Of a stretch of DNA of 33,000 nt, positions 11,439-22,900 are shown one piece after another. The DNA is from Fimbriosthenelais zetlandica (lineage: Eukaryota). The notes beneath the pieces are model-generated. The model did not search any database, was not told the DNA's origin, and saw only the letters and a program-made list of their open reading frames with translations. Location: contig OZ365110.1 of NCBI GenBank assembly GCA_977030845.1, forward strand, positions 11,439,001 through 11,472,000, read 5' to 3'. Made by a program: the position numbers and the translations under genes. Within the stretch, counting starts at the first letter, position 1. The number at the start of each line of letters is the position of its first letter.

Positions 11439-13489
11439 AAGTTCTTTTAGCACATGTGAAAATGATGCACTAGTAGGAGCGTGTCTTTGGGGAAATTTCC
11501 GGAGGTACTTGAGGCACACATAGGAGTGATGAAGCAGATGGTCCTGGCAAAAGAATAGGATTTATTGGGCATTTATTCGTGATAAACGAGTAAAGTGTTC
11601 CTCCACAAGAACTGGCTCTTTCGGGAGGACACATGAAATGTGGGATGAAGGATAGGATTATGCTGATTTGAGAGTCAGAACATTCGGGACTTTTATCTAA
11701 GATATATAGATCCAATTCATTACGACACGAGTGAATGATAGATCATGCATCTTGGTTCTTAGCAATTATATATATTTTTGGGCAAGGTCAACGTGACAAG
11801 GGAGGGAATGGCTTGCCATAGAATCCATGGATGTTTGGTTGTTGTTTATATGGAAATTCATGAGTGCAACGACAAGTGCAATTGATACACGTCACATAAC
11901 TATTGATAATTACAGAGGCCAAACAACTATAGGCCAAATATTATTTCTATGAATGCTTCCTTTATCAATCTGTTATTCGTAAAAGAAATCAGACCATAAG
12001 TATCTTCGCTTTTATTTGAAAGACCTATAAATAGTTCATACATTTCAGCAACATCTAATAAAAATGGCAAGATATAAGGACGAGTAAGGACTGGAGAGTA
12101 GACTACTCATGTAGGCCTTTGAAAGCAACCCTCTTTGAAAGTCTCGAAGATGAATAAGAAAGGAACTGGCTTTGTCGATGAAATTCAGTATTCATCGCCA
12201 GGTTATCGCTTCGAAAGCCAATATCCTGTTATGAATTGAAAGTGGATATCGACAAGAATATGAAATAATACCCTTTGAGACATTGAAATATCAAGTAATA
12301 CACTTTTTTGTGATGCAGAATTCCTGTCCAGCTTAGGAAAAATAGAAAAGGAGTGTTCCTTCAGATAAGAAAGACGAGATACTTGTTGGAAATAATTCCG
12401 TAAATATTCTATTTGTACCCATGGATGCCCATTTTTATTTTTACGTGACATATTAATTATACAATCACAGCGTTCTTTCTATGTAATACTGTCATATACT
12501 AAGAGATGATAAGAGAATGTGATAGTTTTAAGTATATTTTGAAATATCGTGTTCTTTCAATAATTGTTTCAATATGAACCCCAGATATTTGATACAGCTT
12601 AAAAATATTTACAAGAAATGAGAACTTTATTGACAACATGAAGTCCTAGAGAGACAAGTCCCCACTTCAATCCTGACCCTTGACCTACACTTCCTGCATA
12701 GCCTTCTGGGTAGAAAAGATTTTCTATAAAAAAAAGAATGAGAACTTGTAATACTGATGATCATTGGTAATCCAATATTTTATGAATGGGAAAACAACAA
12801 AACATAAAATGTTTCGTTCAACCTAATTATTTCAAATGGTATATTATCTCGATAATGGGGTAGCTCCTCCGATTTTTGCACGGGAATCCATGGGATTGCA
12901 TTATATAAAAATATATGGTTAAAAATGGTCGCAAATCCTGTGCGACCCTTGCGCTAGTTCCAGCGCCAGTCCAAATGTTCCGAAAAAAGTTCCGAAAGAG
13001 TCACAAGAGTTGCAAATCAATTGGGACTCAGGGGAAGTCGACCATTATACCAATTCATGTCCATGAACTTTGATATCAGCAAAATATGCAGGGCATGATT
13101 AGGATTGTATACTTATGTACTTATCAGTGTTTGAGAATGCTTCTAAAGAAGGAAGGGGTACATGGAAAATTGCTGGTAAAAGAGAGTGAGAGCAGGGTGG
13201 AAGCTCATGATGATCGTCATCCATCATTGTCGACCGCTCTGCTGTTTTAACAGCGACTAAAAGCAATCTTCCTCTCAGCGCTGCTCTATGAGCGCTCACC
13301 AATTGCTCCCATCCCTGAATCTTGCTTTTTGGCTAATGTACACATGTTAATCATAATCAAAAATGACGGCAATAATGAATAAACCCAACCTTTGCTTATC
13401 TATCATCCTCTGACGGCACCGTATATGAAGTTATATCGTCCGCGATTAAAATATGTCCTCCCCTTCTGTCTCGGTATATAGAGAAACGA

Positions 13490-13860
13490 TAGACTAAACC
13501 AGGGTGAATAAACACTACTTGCCTCCTTTTTCCCCCTCCACATGCCCAGCTTCAGGTTGGCAGTTAGGGCTTAAAAGGGACAAGACATAAGTCAGGCTCC
13601 ACTGAAAGCAGCTGTTTCTATGTCTTTGCTTTACCTCGATGGGAAGGGAAATTAGTTTGTTCTTGAGGATATAAATCTTTGAACTAATGGTTTGAACGTC
13701 AGGGAACACTTTGAAGGTTTAGATAGTGTTGCAACCGGAGTGGTGACTCTGCTGGTGAGGCATCGATAAGCAGGGATTATTAGAATTGTATGTGGCCGTA
13801 AAATAATGTACTGATAATCAGACAAAAGGTGACTCTCGATCAGGTTTATTATTGACCTGT
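13490..13860 (-). pseudogene. Possible decayed non-LTR (CR1/L2-type) reverse transcriptase fragment
   Basis: Minus-strand LIESHLLSDYQYIILRPHT resembles the LExNxLLSxxQYGFRxxRST motif. VATLSKPSKCS about 30 aa later resembles the LDxSKAFD motif. Stops follow. Motif resemblance only. Confidence 0.3.
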
Positions 13861-14775
13861 GGCTCGTTTCATAACACCCGCCAAATTTCTCATTGTCTTC
13901 CTCCACCCATGCAGTTCTGGGGCCTGTTTCAGAACAGCCATGGCTGTTAAAATTTTGGAATTGATAACAGTCTGACACTGTTCCTGCACAGAAAGTGCCA
14001 CTGTTCTTGCTTGCCACTGTAAATTGGCCTTCATAACAGTGGCGCACTGTTGGTGTCGACACCGCTCACTTGCCACTGTTCCTGCAAGCTAGAAACAATG
14101 GCAATCCCGCTGAAAACAGTGGGGCACTGTTCCTGTCATAGTCTTGCCACTGTTACTGCACCTATAGCCAAGTTTTGCTTTCATAACAGTGGCCCACTGT
14201 TCCTGTCATAGTCTTGCCACTGTTCCTGCAGCTATAGCCAAGTAATACCATTGCCACTGTTGATGGTCACTATCACTAATCTCTTAATTAGCAGCCTCCA
14301 TATACCAAGCCAGATAGTTTAGCATTAGACATTTTTGGGGATGGTTTGAATAGCAAGTAATATATTATTGTTAACATGTATACATAATGTGCCATCAAGC
14401 ATTAACACCTTTTTAAATTGACGAATTATTTGAGAAAATAGCTACAATATGTCTGGCTTGTATTGATAAGTCAATATAATTATGCCCCACTTCCCTCCAC
14501 GCCAAGCCTGACCATGGATGTGGCTTTATAATGGCAGGGGTGAAAGCTAATTTTCAAGTTTCCCACCATTATTCATATCTGGCAAATAACCCTACTAAGA
14601 AGACACATATTTTATCATGTACACTATATTATCTTGCAGGGAAAGAACCACTCTCCAATCTACTTCACAAGGAAAATGACTCATATTAAATTATGGGAAA
14701 ATGATGAAATGATGAATTATGGTGAATGAAAATGATGTTCCCCAAAATAAAGATTAATCCCCTGGAATAGAACAG

Positions 14776-14832
14776 CGGGAGGGAAGGGAAGGGAAGGGGA
14801 GGGGAGGGGAGGGAGGGAAGGGAAGGGGAGGG
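14776..14832 (+). repeat. Purine-rich (GGGAA/GGGGA)n tract, G-quadruplex-prone
   Basis: More than ten runs of 3-4 G separated by A or AA. Confidence 0.9.
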
Positions 14833-14892
14833 ATAACTGGGGCGCAAGAACAGTGGCAATACTAGTCCCAGAACAGTGGCATATAGGCAACA

Positions 14893-15112
14893 CTAACAAT
14901 GGCAAATAGATGACACCAACAGTGGCAAGTCGGAGACGCCAACAGTGGCAAGTCGGAGACGCTAACAGTGGCAAGTCGGAGACGCCAACAGTGGCAAGTA
15001 GGAAGTACCAACAGTGGCAATTAGTAGACACCAACAGTGGCAATTAGTAGACACTAACAGTGGCAAAGGTGGTTACACCAACAGTGGCAATTAGGAGACA
15101 CCAACAGTGGCA
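14893..15112 (+). repeat. 23-bp minisatellite, about 10 copies (CCAACAGTGGCAAGTCGGAGACG-like)
   Basis: Unit starts at 14893, 14916, 14939, 14962, 14985, 15008, 15031, 15054, 15078 and 15101. Confidence 0.95.
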
Positions 15113-15373
15113 CCATAACAGTGGCGCTTCCCTTGCAGGAACCATGGTAATTTCTATCCCGATTTTGCCACTGTTGGTGCAGCTGCACCAACAGTGTCCC
15201 ACTGTTAGGAATTGTAACAGTGCATTAGCAATGTTATGTCTGTGGAACATTTTTGTGCTGAAACAGCTAGGCCCCTGCTCACTGCGATATCAAAGGACAG
15301 CCATGACTGTCCCCCACTACTTAAATGGCGAGATGCGTCTAAGAACTGTCATTGCTGCTGTTCGAGAAGATTA

Positions 15374-15736
15374 GAACTACATTGCACGCTGACAGCTTGT
15401 ACCAACGTTGACAATGCTATTTCTATGGGAAAAAGCTACGAGTGCCTCCACGACACTGCGTCGTTACATCGAAATTTGTCAACGACGGCCAACGGCATAT
15501 TTAGGGTCAAATATCGTGAAAAGCAATATCGTGAAAATATCGTAAGCTAACACAGGGGGAGGGGCACCCCTTCTCATTGCTTTTCACGATATTTGGCCCG
15601 AAGGATGATATCAGTGACCCTCGTTGGCCGTCGTTGACAAAATTAATTTCGATGCTAAGATTATCAACGATGGTACAATGGAAATGTTTCTATACGAGGG
15701 GTTGTTGGGCCTCGTTGGCTTAGTACAATGCAGCCC
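15374..15736. mobile_element. MITE (family C) carrying an internal fold-back
   Basis: The right arm 15661-15736 is homologous to the right arm of the 32167 element (GATGGTACAATGGAAATG..TATACGAGGGG). The left TIR is degenerate and internally deleted. Inner inverted arms 15475-15494/15622-15641 (20/20) and 15504-15527/15576-15599 (23/24). Confidence 0.7.
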
Positions 15737-16657
15737 AACCCGAGGGCCTTAACCTGAACTACCTGACGTGTCTCACAGCCCAACATACATCCACCTTGAC
15801 ACACTGTGGGTGGGGATTACTATTAATTTTATACATGGATCTAAACTTTGTCCCTTAGTTCGCTGCCAGCTTCTAAATGCATTACATTGATTAGATTGTG
15901 TAAGGCCCGGGAGTACAACAATTAATTGGGTACCATGCACATTTAAAATAAAACCCATGCCGGCATGCTATGTGCCCATTCGTTAACCCAATACTGGGAA
16001 GGATATTATTAGGATAATTAAATGAAATGGTTAGAAGATAGAGATTAAATTATCTATAATTATAGTAAACGTTGGCTGTTTTCTGTTTCCTTTCCTTTTT
16101 GTTATTTATTCTGGATATTATGGTAATTTAAATGAGTTCAGTTTAATAAATTGATATGTTCAACATGTAAACCTATATAGAATGCTGGCAGAATTATAAA
16201 TATAAGTTACATATAATTTAATTGTTTTGACAATGCATGGTCTGAATGAAAGTATTTATACTGTACAGTACATGTATGATGTATATAGTTTCCTCGGGGG
16301 TGGCTAGGATTCAAAATGTTTTTTCTCGCCCAAATATTGTATTTTGACTAATGGGTTTTCATAAAAAATAAATAACCGTCAAGACTGATATCCATCAAAA
16401 CAAATATTTGCAATGGTATAATGGTCGTTTTCAAAGAGGCTCCAGTCAGTGTCTACCACGACTTAGCACTCGATCCCCAGCTCTGCATCGCATGCCACAG
16501 GTCTTTACTTTTAACAAGTGTCCCTGGCCCTTCATTTACTGACTATCAATCCGAACTTAAAACACCAGCTGCTTTCCAGCCTAACATATTCAACAGAGGT
16601 CACTGACAGTCATTTACTAAGAACACCTTTCATATAGCTTCCTCCATATGCACCTTA

Positions 16658-16883
16658 AGCCTGGAATACACTAATCCGATTCTCCAAGCTGTCGCCATCC
16701 GATAGGCCTATCTTACTTCTAACGACATAATGGTCTAAAGATTGAAATAATATTGTCAGTGGTTAGCATTATCTAGGTGTAAGGGACTGTTCCAATTACA
16801 AACATTGGGTATGAATAGGAATATAGTTTCGGACAGCTATCGGATGGCGCCGGATAGAGAATCGAATTAGTGTGTTCCGTACG
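16658..16883. mobile_element. MITE with ~50-bp imperfect TIRs, TTA TSD
   Basis: Left GGAATACACTAATCCGATTCTC..CGCCATCCGATAG versus right CTATCGGATGGCG..GAGAATCGAATTAGTGTGTTCC. TTA at 16655-16657 and 16884-16886. Confidence 0.8.
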
Positions 16884-16959
16884 TTATAGCCCTGTATACA
16901 CGTCCTTCCACTTTGGCATGGAGGGAACCTTCCAAACCCACTGAATCAGTTGACTGACA

Positions 16960-17170
16960 CAATTTATGGTGACTAATTGTCAGGGGCAAGACACTGTTGC
17001 CCAACTTGTTCCAGTCATTTGGTTACACTCATTAGGCCTGCAAGTTCTTGGGAGAAGAACAGGAGTTAGAAGTGCAGATGAGTCTGCCAAGTTGGGATGA
17101 CCATAGGAAGGGGTCATTTGAAGCTTATAGAGGATGGTCTGCTCGATGAGCATGTGTCTAGACTAGCTGA
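16960..17170 (-). pseudogene. Possible 3' end of a decayed LINE ORF2
   Basis: Minus strand gives LLPRT and, in an adjacent frame, NDWNKLGNSV. These resemble the SFFPRTxxDWNxLP C-terminal motif of CR1/L2/RTE-type ORF2. Frameshifts and stops are required. Confidence 0.25.
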
Positions 17171-17948
17171 TAGAGTAGTGGTCAGTGAAACACCTGCGCC
17201 TAACAATGACTTGGCCACCATCATTGCCACAAGACCCTCCCTCACCAGGAAAAAAAGGAATTGAGCTTCAGCTGGAAAATGCAAGGACGGCCACAGCTTT
17301 TCCGAGTTTCATGGTCATCTTCATTGAAAGTTTTCGTGTGAGATTCCCATCTGTCTGACAAAGTTCTGGCGAAAGAGTAAAAAAAAAACAACAACATATA
17401 TATATGGTCCTTTGAAGGTGTTGATGTGTTCGCATATTATACGGAAGCGAGAAATGCACACCTGTTGGTTGCATGAATGTAGTCTCATGTCAGGCAGTGA
17501 CATAATTATATCGAGAAGAGGAGAAAACATGTTGTCGGCTCTATGGGTAGCCCTTATCCATTGCCAGCACTGGTTCTTTTTTTGCATGAAATTGAATGAC
17601 AGTAAGACCTGTACACTTGGATTGATAGTGGTGGGTTTTAACGCAGGATCTCCCATATTCAACCCTACCAGTTGAGCCATTTGAGCCATGCAGCCCCCCC
17701 CCCCCCCAACACGCACACTTTGAACAGAGATTTCGTTGTTTCCCTCCGTTTTTTAACAGCACATTGCAAAAATGCGATAAAAATGTTGGAGGAGTTTGCC
17801 CAAAATGAGTTGACCCTCGATGATCCAATAAGGTGATTGTTTTAACTCCCGAAAGTACGGATGCTATATTTTCATGTGACCAAAATTCGCTGACCGACCG
17901 CATCTAATTAGGGGGTCAGCTTTCTTCTTAGGAATGGCTTAAATTTGG

Positions 17949-17964
17949 TAGCGCCACCAGGTGA
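17949..17964 (-). promoter_or_regulatory. CTCF-like motif
   Basis: Minus strand reads TCACCTGGTGGCGCTA, close to the CCASYAGRKGGCRCTA consensus. Motif match only. Confidence 0.3.
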
Positions 17965-18299
17965 CGAGTAGCATTGCTACTATTTTGGCAGTTTTGTGGT
18001 CAATGCTCCATTAATTAGTCAAGTTACCCTTCTTCATTGACTCACATGCAGATTACTGTTGACCTTGTAGGTTTAGCCAAGGCCATGCAGACGCTATTGT
18101 AACAAACCACTGCATTGAGCCATGTACCCGATACTCAGTTACAGCTACACCTAAAATGTCTTCCAATCTGCAACGGTTAACTATATAGGTCACCAACACA
18201 ACTGTATAAGAAAAGAATATAAATATTGTTTATATAATATTGTTCCAACTTAACTGTATAAGAAGAGAATATAATAAAATGATAAACAATCATATGGTT

Positions 18300-21200
18300 T
18301 TAACCTAATTTTAAACCAGCAACCCCACTGAACACGTATCATTGTAATCAATGTAATGTTGTCTGAGCCAGATAGTAACTGTTGATTCGGTATTGGCTGG
18401 GAAAACCGGCTGACATATAAATATTATAGGTATAATGTTCACAGTTTCACTCACGATGATAGGCCGAGAGAATAGAGCAGTGGAGTTGAGTGAGATGTAG
18501 CAAAGACTCATCAAGTAACATAAGAAACAGTAGAGTGGACATGAAGCATGATTGTAGGCTTGATTGTAGAGAAATTCGATTGAGGTGTACAAAGCTCCAC
18601 TGGATTTCTTGCTATCTGCCACAAGTAAAAACATTGTGAGGGGTTCCGTTGTGCTGAATTTGAGAGTGGTGTGGAAGATATGGCAGTTGAGGTCATAAAA
18701 AAAAGTCAACAACAATGCCTAGCTGCAACAAAATCGCAACACTGGCAAGGCACAAGAACCATTTAATGGAGCTGGACGATTGGCAGTTTGCCCAGTGATG
18801 TTATACACAAATTCTGCCCAGGAGATTAAACAAAATAGAACCTAATTTAAATCTATACTATGGCAAGACTACCTTGACTGATCAACAGAAGGGAGAGTGT
18901 ATCGACAGAGTAGCCTAGCAGTCCACGCTTCATCTCGTGTAAATGGCCTTGCAAAGGAGGTACCACTCATTGAAATGGATTAGGGTTTACAAGTATATCG
19001 CTATATCGACTCCGCAACCCATGTTCTATACAAATGCCTCTGTTTGGCGCAGGGATCTCTATAGTCAACTCCGTGGCACGCGGGCTTGTACCAATCTGTA
19101 CCAATTCACTCCCCTAGCCTACTCAGGCCATTGACATACAGTACTAGTACTAGAATGTATTGTAAGTCCAACACTAAAAATATAATGTGCCCACATATCA
19201 CTCAGGTGATGTGCATGAAAACACCACTATAATATAGTGTACAGAGGTTGTGTTCCCATGGCCAGTAGGCCTACAGGGAGAAAGTGATACAAAAAGGAAC
19301 TCCATGTCTCCATCTTAGTGCAAATGTACACGGAGACACATTAAGGACTATGCTGAAACCTGACAACGACTAAATGCAAGTTCTTATGCATGAATAGTCC
19401 CATTTCCTGCTGCATGTTCTTGTACTTATGTCAGGCTTTAGAGCTCAAGCTGAAAAAACAGGAGGTTGGAGAGATCCTTGCCTCAGGCCTGTAGAGACCA
19501 CTGGCTCCCTCTCTCAGCAGGTGGAACATACGAGCCCCAGGAGTGTCCTCTTCCTTCAGTGTCTTTTTCCTATATTCCATCTTATGGGTATTAAGTCCGA
19601 AGGAGGGCCGGCAAGCTGTAAGTTTCCTACACTGCAGCACATCTCCCATAGCTATATCCTCCATGAGTTATCACCACACATGAGTCTATATGATAGCCAG
19701 GGAGGCCTGGGGCCTCTGATGTATGCACCATGGCTGTTCTACCAAGGCTACTGACTATAGGTAACTGCTTAAATATTTGCTCTATATCTATATCAACAGG
19801 CGGAACATTGAGGAAATCTACCCCATCTATACATCCTCTACTTTCATATGATACTATATGAAAGGCTACTTTGTTTGGCTTGTCTCTGCAGTACATGCAT
19901 TTATTTCTTCATATTGGGAATTCAGAGTGAAAGTCTAAACGATCAGGCGATACACGCAAGTGTATACTGTTTTAATGAAACGAGCAATTGGACTGGCCAC
20001 TATTACAAATACCCACTGCAACATAATGTCACAATTTTGGGAACAATTCGATTTAATCTATCCATTTCGTGAAACATTAACCAAATATTATTGTTGCGAT
20101 ATCAAAAGAAAGCAGTACAGAGCAGAAAATGCTTCGAACTTCCTTGGAGGCTGAATTCGATGTCCAATATACATATCCCAAGTCTATTGCGTATCTGCCT
20201 ATAGCAATTGTATATCATTGTATGGGACTGGCCTTTTGGCTAGCTTTCCTTCTGTGTACTGCATAAAAAGGCTACTTTTCTATCATGACATATTGTCCAG
20301 TACTGACTGGTCGTGCCGTAACAAAGCTTACAGGCTATGTTGCATTAGTCCAATAAGGACAGCTCGGGCTCAAGCATGTTATATGTCTTGGAAGGTCAGA
20401 TAGGGGCCAGCAAGGATATTCTATGGAGGCAATCTAATAGGCCCGGGTGGGATAAATCTGATCGGGTCGGGGCAAAACCTGTTTTCTTGGCTCTCTTAAG
20501 GATAAGTCTATGGCTTCTAGTCATTTCTACTCGTTACGTACCACTATGGAGGGGGAAATCTGGTTAGGACAAAATACTGAATATATACCAGCCCCGATGG
20601 GATGTCCCAGATTACAACTCAATTGCTTATGAATTTACGATGCAGGAGTTGAAAGGCAGTCACTGACTATAAATTACCTTCCCTTGTGCAGGATAACAGC
20701 TCTGACGCTGCTATTGTGATAATTATGGCATTTTACCATGTATAGTCCATTACAAAACATGCAATATGAAGGCTTGTCAGACTGATATTCTGAATGTAAA
20801 ATGGTACCAGTACTGTTACCCACGTACTGCTTTGCGTATACGTTGCATATTGATGATCACTATTATCAGATTAGTCTAAAGGGGAGGAAATGGCAAAGAA
20901 TAGTGAAAGACGCATTGAAAATGGCTGAGGGTTCAGAAAGTTGTACCATAATTAAAGCCAGGTTTCTCATTCATACATTCAGTAAAATGACGACGCTCAT
21001 GATCATACATCACCCGAACTCCGTTCACTGCTCCCACGAGGGTCATTTGTTGCAGTGAATAAATAAATAAAACGTTTTATTAAATTAAACAAAATGCATT
21101 TTTCATATCGATATCTCCCATGTAACACTTAGTGGGGAATCCTTTGGTTGGAAGTGGGCTAATCATATATAAAAAGAGAAGGTGGTAGAGAGAAAAGAAA

Positions 21201-22900
21201 GCGAGAGTGAGATAGAAAACAAGAATGAGATAGTATGAGGGCGAGACATTTTTATTTTCATTCAGCATGATATACTTTGCAGATGAAATAATTCTTCTGA
21301 TTGTCTGGCGCATACTGGGCTCTTTGAGAAGGTACAGGTGGATTAGATTTGATCTAGTGGTGCACCAGCCTTCATAAATCAAAACCTTATAGCGGCAGGC
21401 AGTGATAAGTTAGAGGGATTGAGAGCCAGGTGTCTTGTCAACAGCAGTGTGCCTGCCTGGGGCAGTATAATCTATAATGATATTTGCTGCAGATGTTCAT
21501 CTCCGAGTCGCTCACATATGAGAGATAATTGCCCGAGTTCAAAACCAGGCATCATTAGGCCGAGTTCAAGGTCTAATCCATCTCAGTATAACAGGTCGCT
21601 GTCGTAGAACAATGGCTTCAGCAATGGATGATACAGTAAGAGACATACGTGAGCAATCAAAATGTAATTAGGAAGCAATGAAAATAGAGTTAATTGGTGC
21701 TGGGGGTTGGGCGTCTGAGAGAGATGATGGATCTTATAATCGTCGCACTCAGAGATATATACATATATATCAGAAGCCCGTTTCAATAGCAATATTTCCA
21801 TTGCTAAAATATATTTCTTGCTCTTTGACACGGTTTTAGTTGATCCATGCAGGATCAACTGAACAAGATTAAGTATTAGCCAATGTTATTTTCATATAAC
21901 ATAACAAGCTGTTAAAGTATTATATTATTTTTTAGAAATAGTGAATGAAATACATCCAATAAATTGATATTATATATTACAAGTCCCCACTTCAATAAAA
22001 AAAAATTTATATTATAGTTACAAAATTAATGTTAATTAAAATAGCCTATACAGGTCTGAACTTTTAAATCGTATGTATACAATGAATTACACAATTAATT
22101 AGACAGCCTGCTTTGAAACGCTGGTTTATAAATGTTCTTATTTGCTTCGTTTAATGGTATAGATTTGCTTGTAATTTGTTGTGTTTCCCCGTTTCGATTT
22201 TTTGTCCGTTGGAATCCGTCATGGGACTGATCATCATCCATCCATGTTCCTCCATGTGAAGTGAGGACACATTGGTCCTGTCTTGCTTCAGAAATCCCCA
22301 TTCAATTACATACACTTCCCACCCCACTAATAACCACCTCTTCTTCCTAAAACAATCCATCAACAGTAAAGGGGGCTGACTTATCCTTTTACCACCTTGC
22401 TTCCCACGGCTCTTCTCCTCTCCCTCCCCTGCCACTGCGGACCAACTCCCAGCAAACGAAGCCATGTCCAAGTTGTTGAGTTTCAATTAGGACCATTGCT
22501 GACTACAGCTAGTGTGAACCTGCCTGGTGGTCAGAAAGTAAGATGGAGTGGGTAGGAAAGGAGCCATCCTACAGGGATGGGAGCAGCCATACCAGGTGCT
22601 GATTGTACCTAGTCTTTCTACCTCACACCTTGCTTCATCCTGCCACTGAGGGAGCTCTGGGTGATGGGGCTTCCACGAAGCAGCCAAGCTGTCCACCAGT
22701 TTATCCTGTCGCTGCCTCCCTCGTGGCTCTCGCGGGGGAATCGGAGCGATAAGGCAAGGCCTCCGGAGGGCTTCTTTTACCTCGGTGTGCTGGTGTGCAG
22801 TGATCAACAGAGATGGCCTCCGGGGTGTCGTGGATCGTGTTGAATTACCAGGCACTAGCATTCACACCTGGCTTTCTCTGAAGACTAATCCTACTTCCAG
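18300..22900 (-). mobile_element. Heavily decayed DIRS-order (tyrosine recombinase) retrotransposon: gag-like, RT, RNase H, MT-like and possible YR N-terminus
   Basis: Hand translation of the minus strand gives colinear motif remnants across stops and frameshifts: GFELG (~21546-21532), KEP (21325-21317), CYMGDIDMKNAFCLI (ends ~21083), PSAIFN (~20931-20914), RLPP (~20435), LIGLMQH (~20357-20337), FQLEL (19455-19441), GNTTSVHYI (19257-19231; cf. DNTTAVAYIN), NGLSR (19132-19118; cf. ADALSR), EWYL..SVDC*AT and RFY..SPG (~18970-18815). Boundaries approximate; no terminal repeats found. Confidence 0.6.
21776..21838. mobile_element. Degenerate minimal MITE, family A, inserted in the DIRS remnant
   Basis: GCCCGTTTCAATAGC ... 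GCTCTTTGACACGG with an internal TAGCAAT..ATTGCTA hairpin like that of the 9650 copy. Confidence 0.45.

Larger units (their letters stand above)
13920..15274. mobile_element. 1.35-kb non-autonomous Harbinger-type element with CTG TSD and AACAGTG/CACTGTT arrays
   Basis: Left GGGCCTGTTTCAGAAC; right reverse complement GGGCC[TAGC]TGTTTCAGCAC. CTG at 13917-13919 and 15275-15277. The left arm is rich in GCCACTGTT and the right arm in AACAGTGGC (opposite orientation). Confidence 0.75.

Noticed and set aside
14893-15112. CRISPR-like array of CCAACAGTGGCA repeats with variable spacers
   Set aside because: The period is 23 bp, the 'spacers' are ~11-nt variants of each other, and there are no cas genes. 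It is a minisatellite in eukaryotic DNA.
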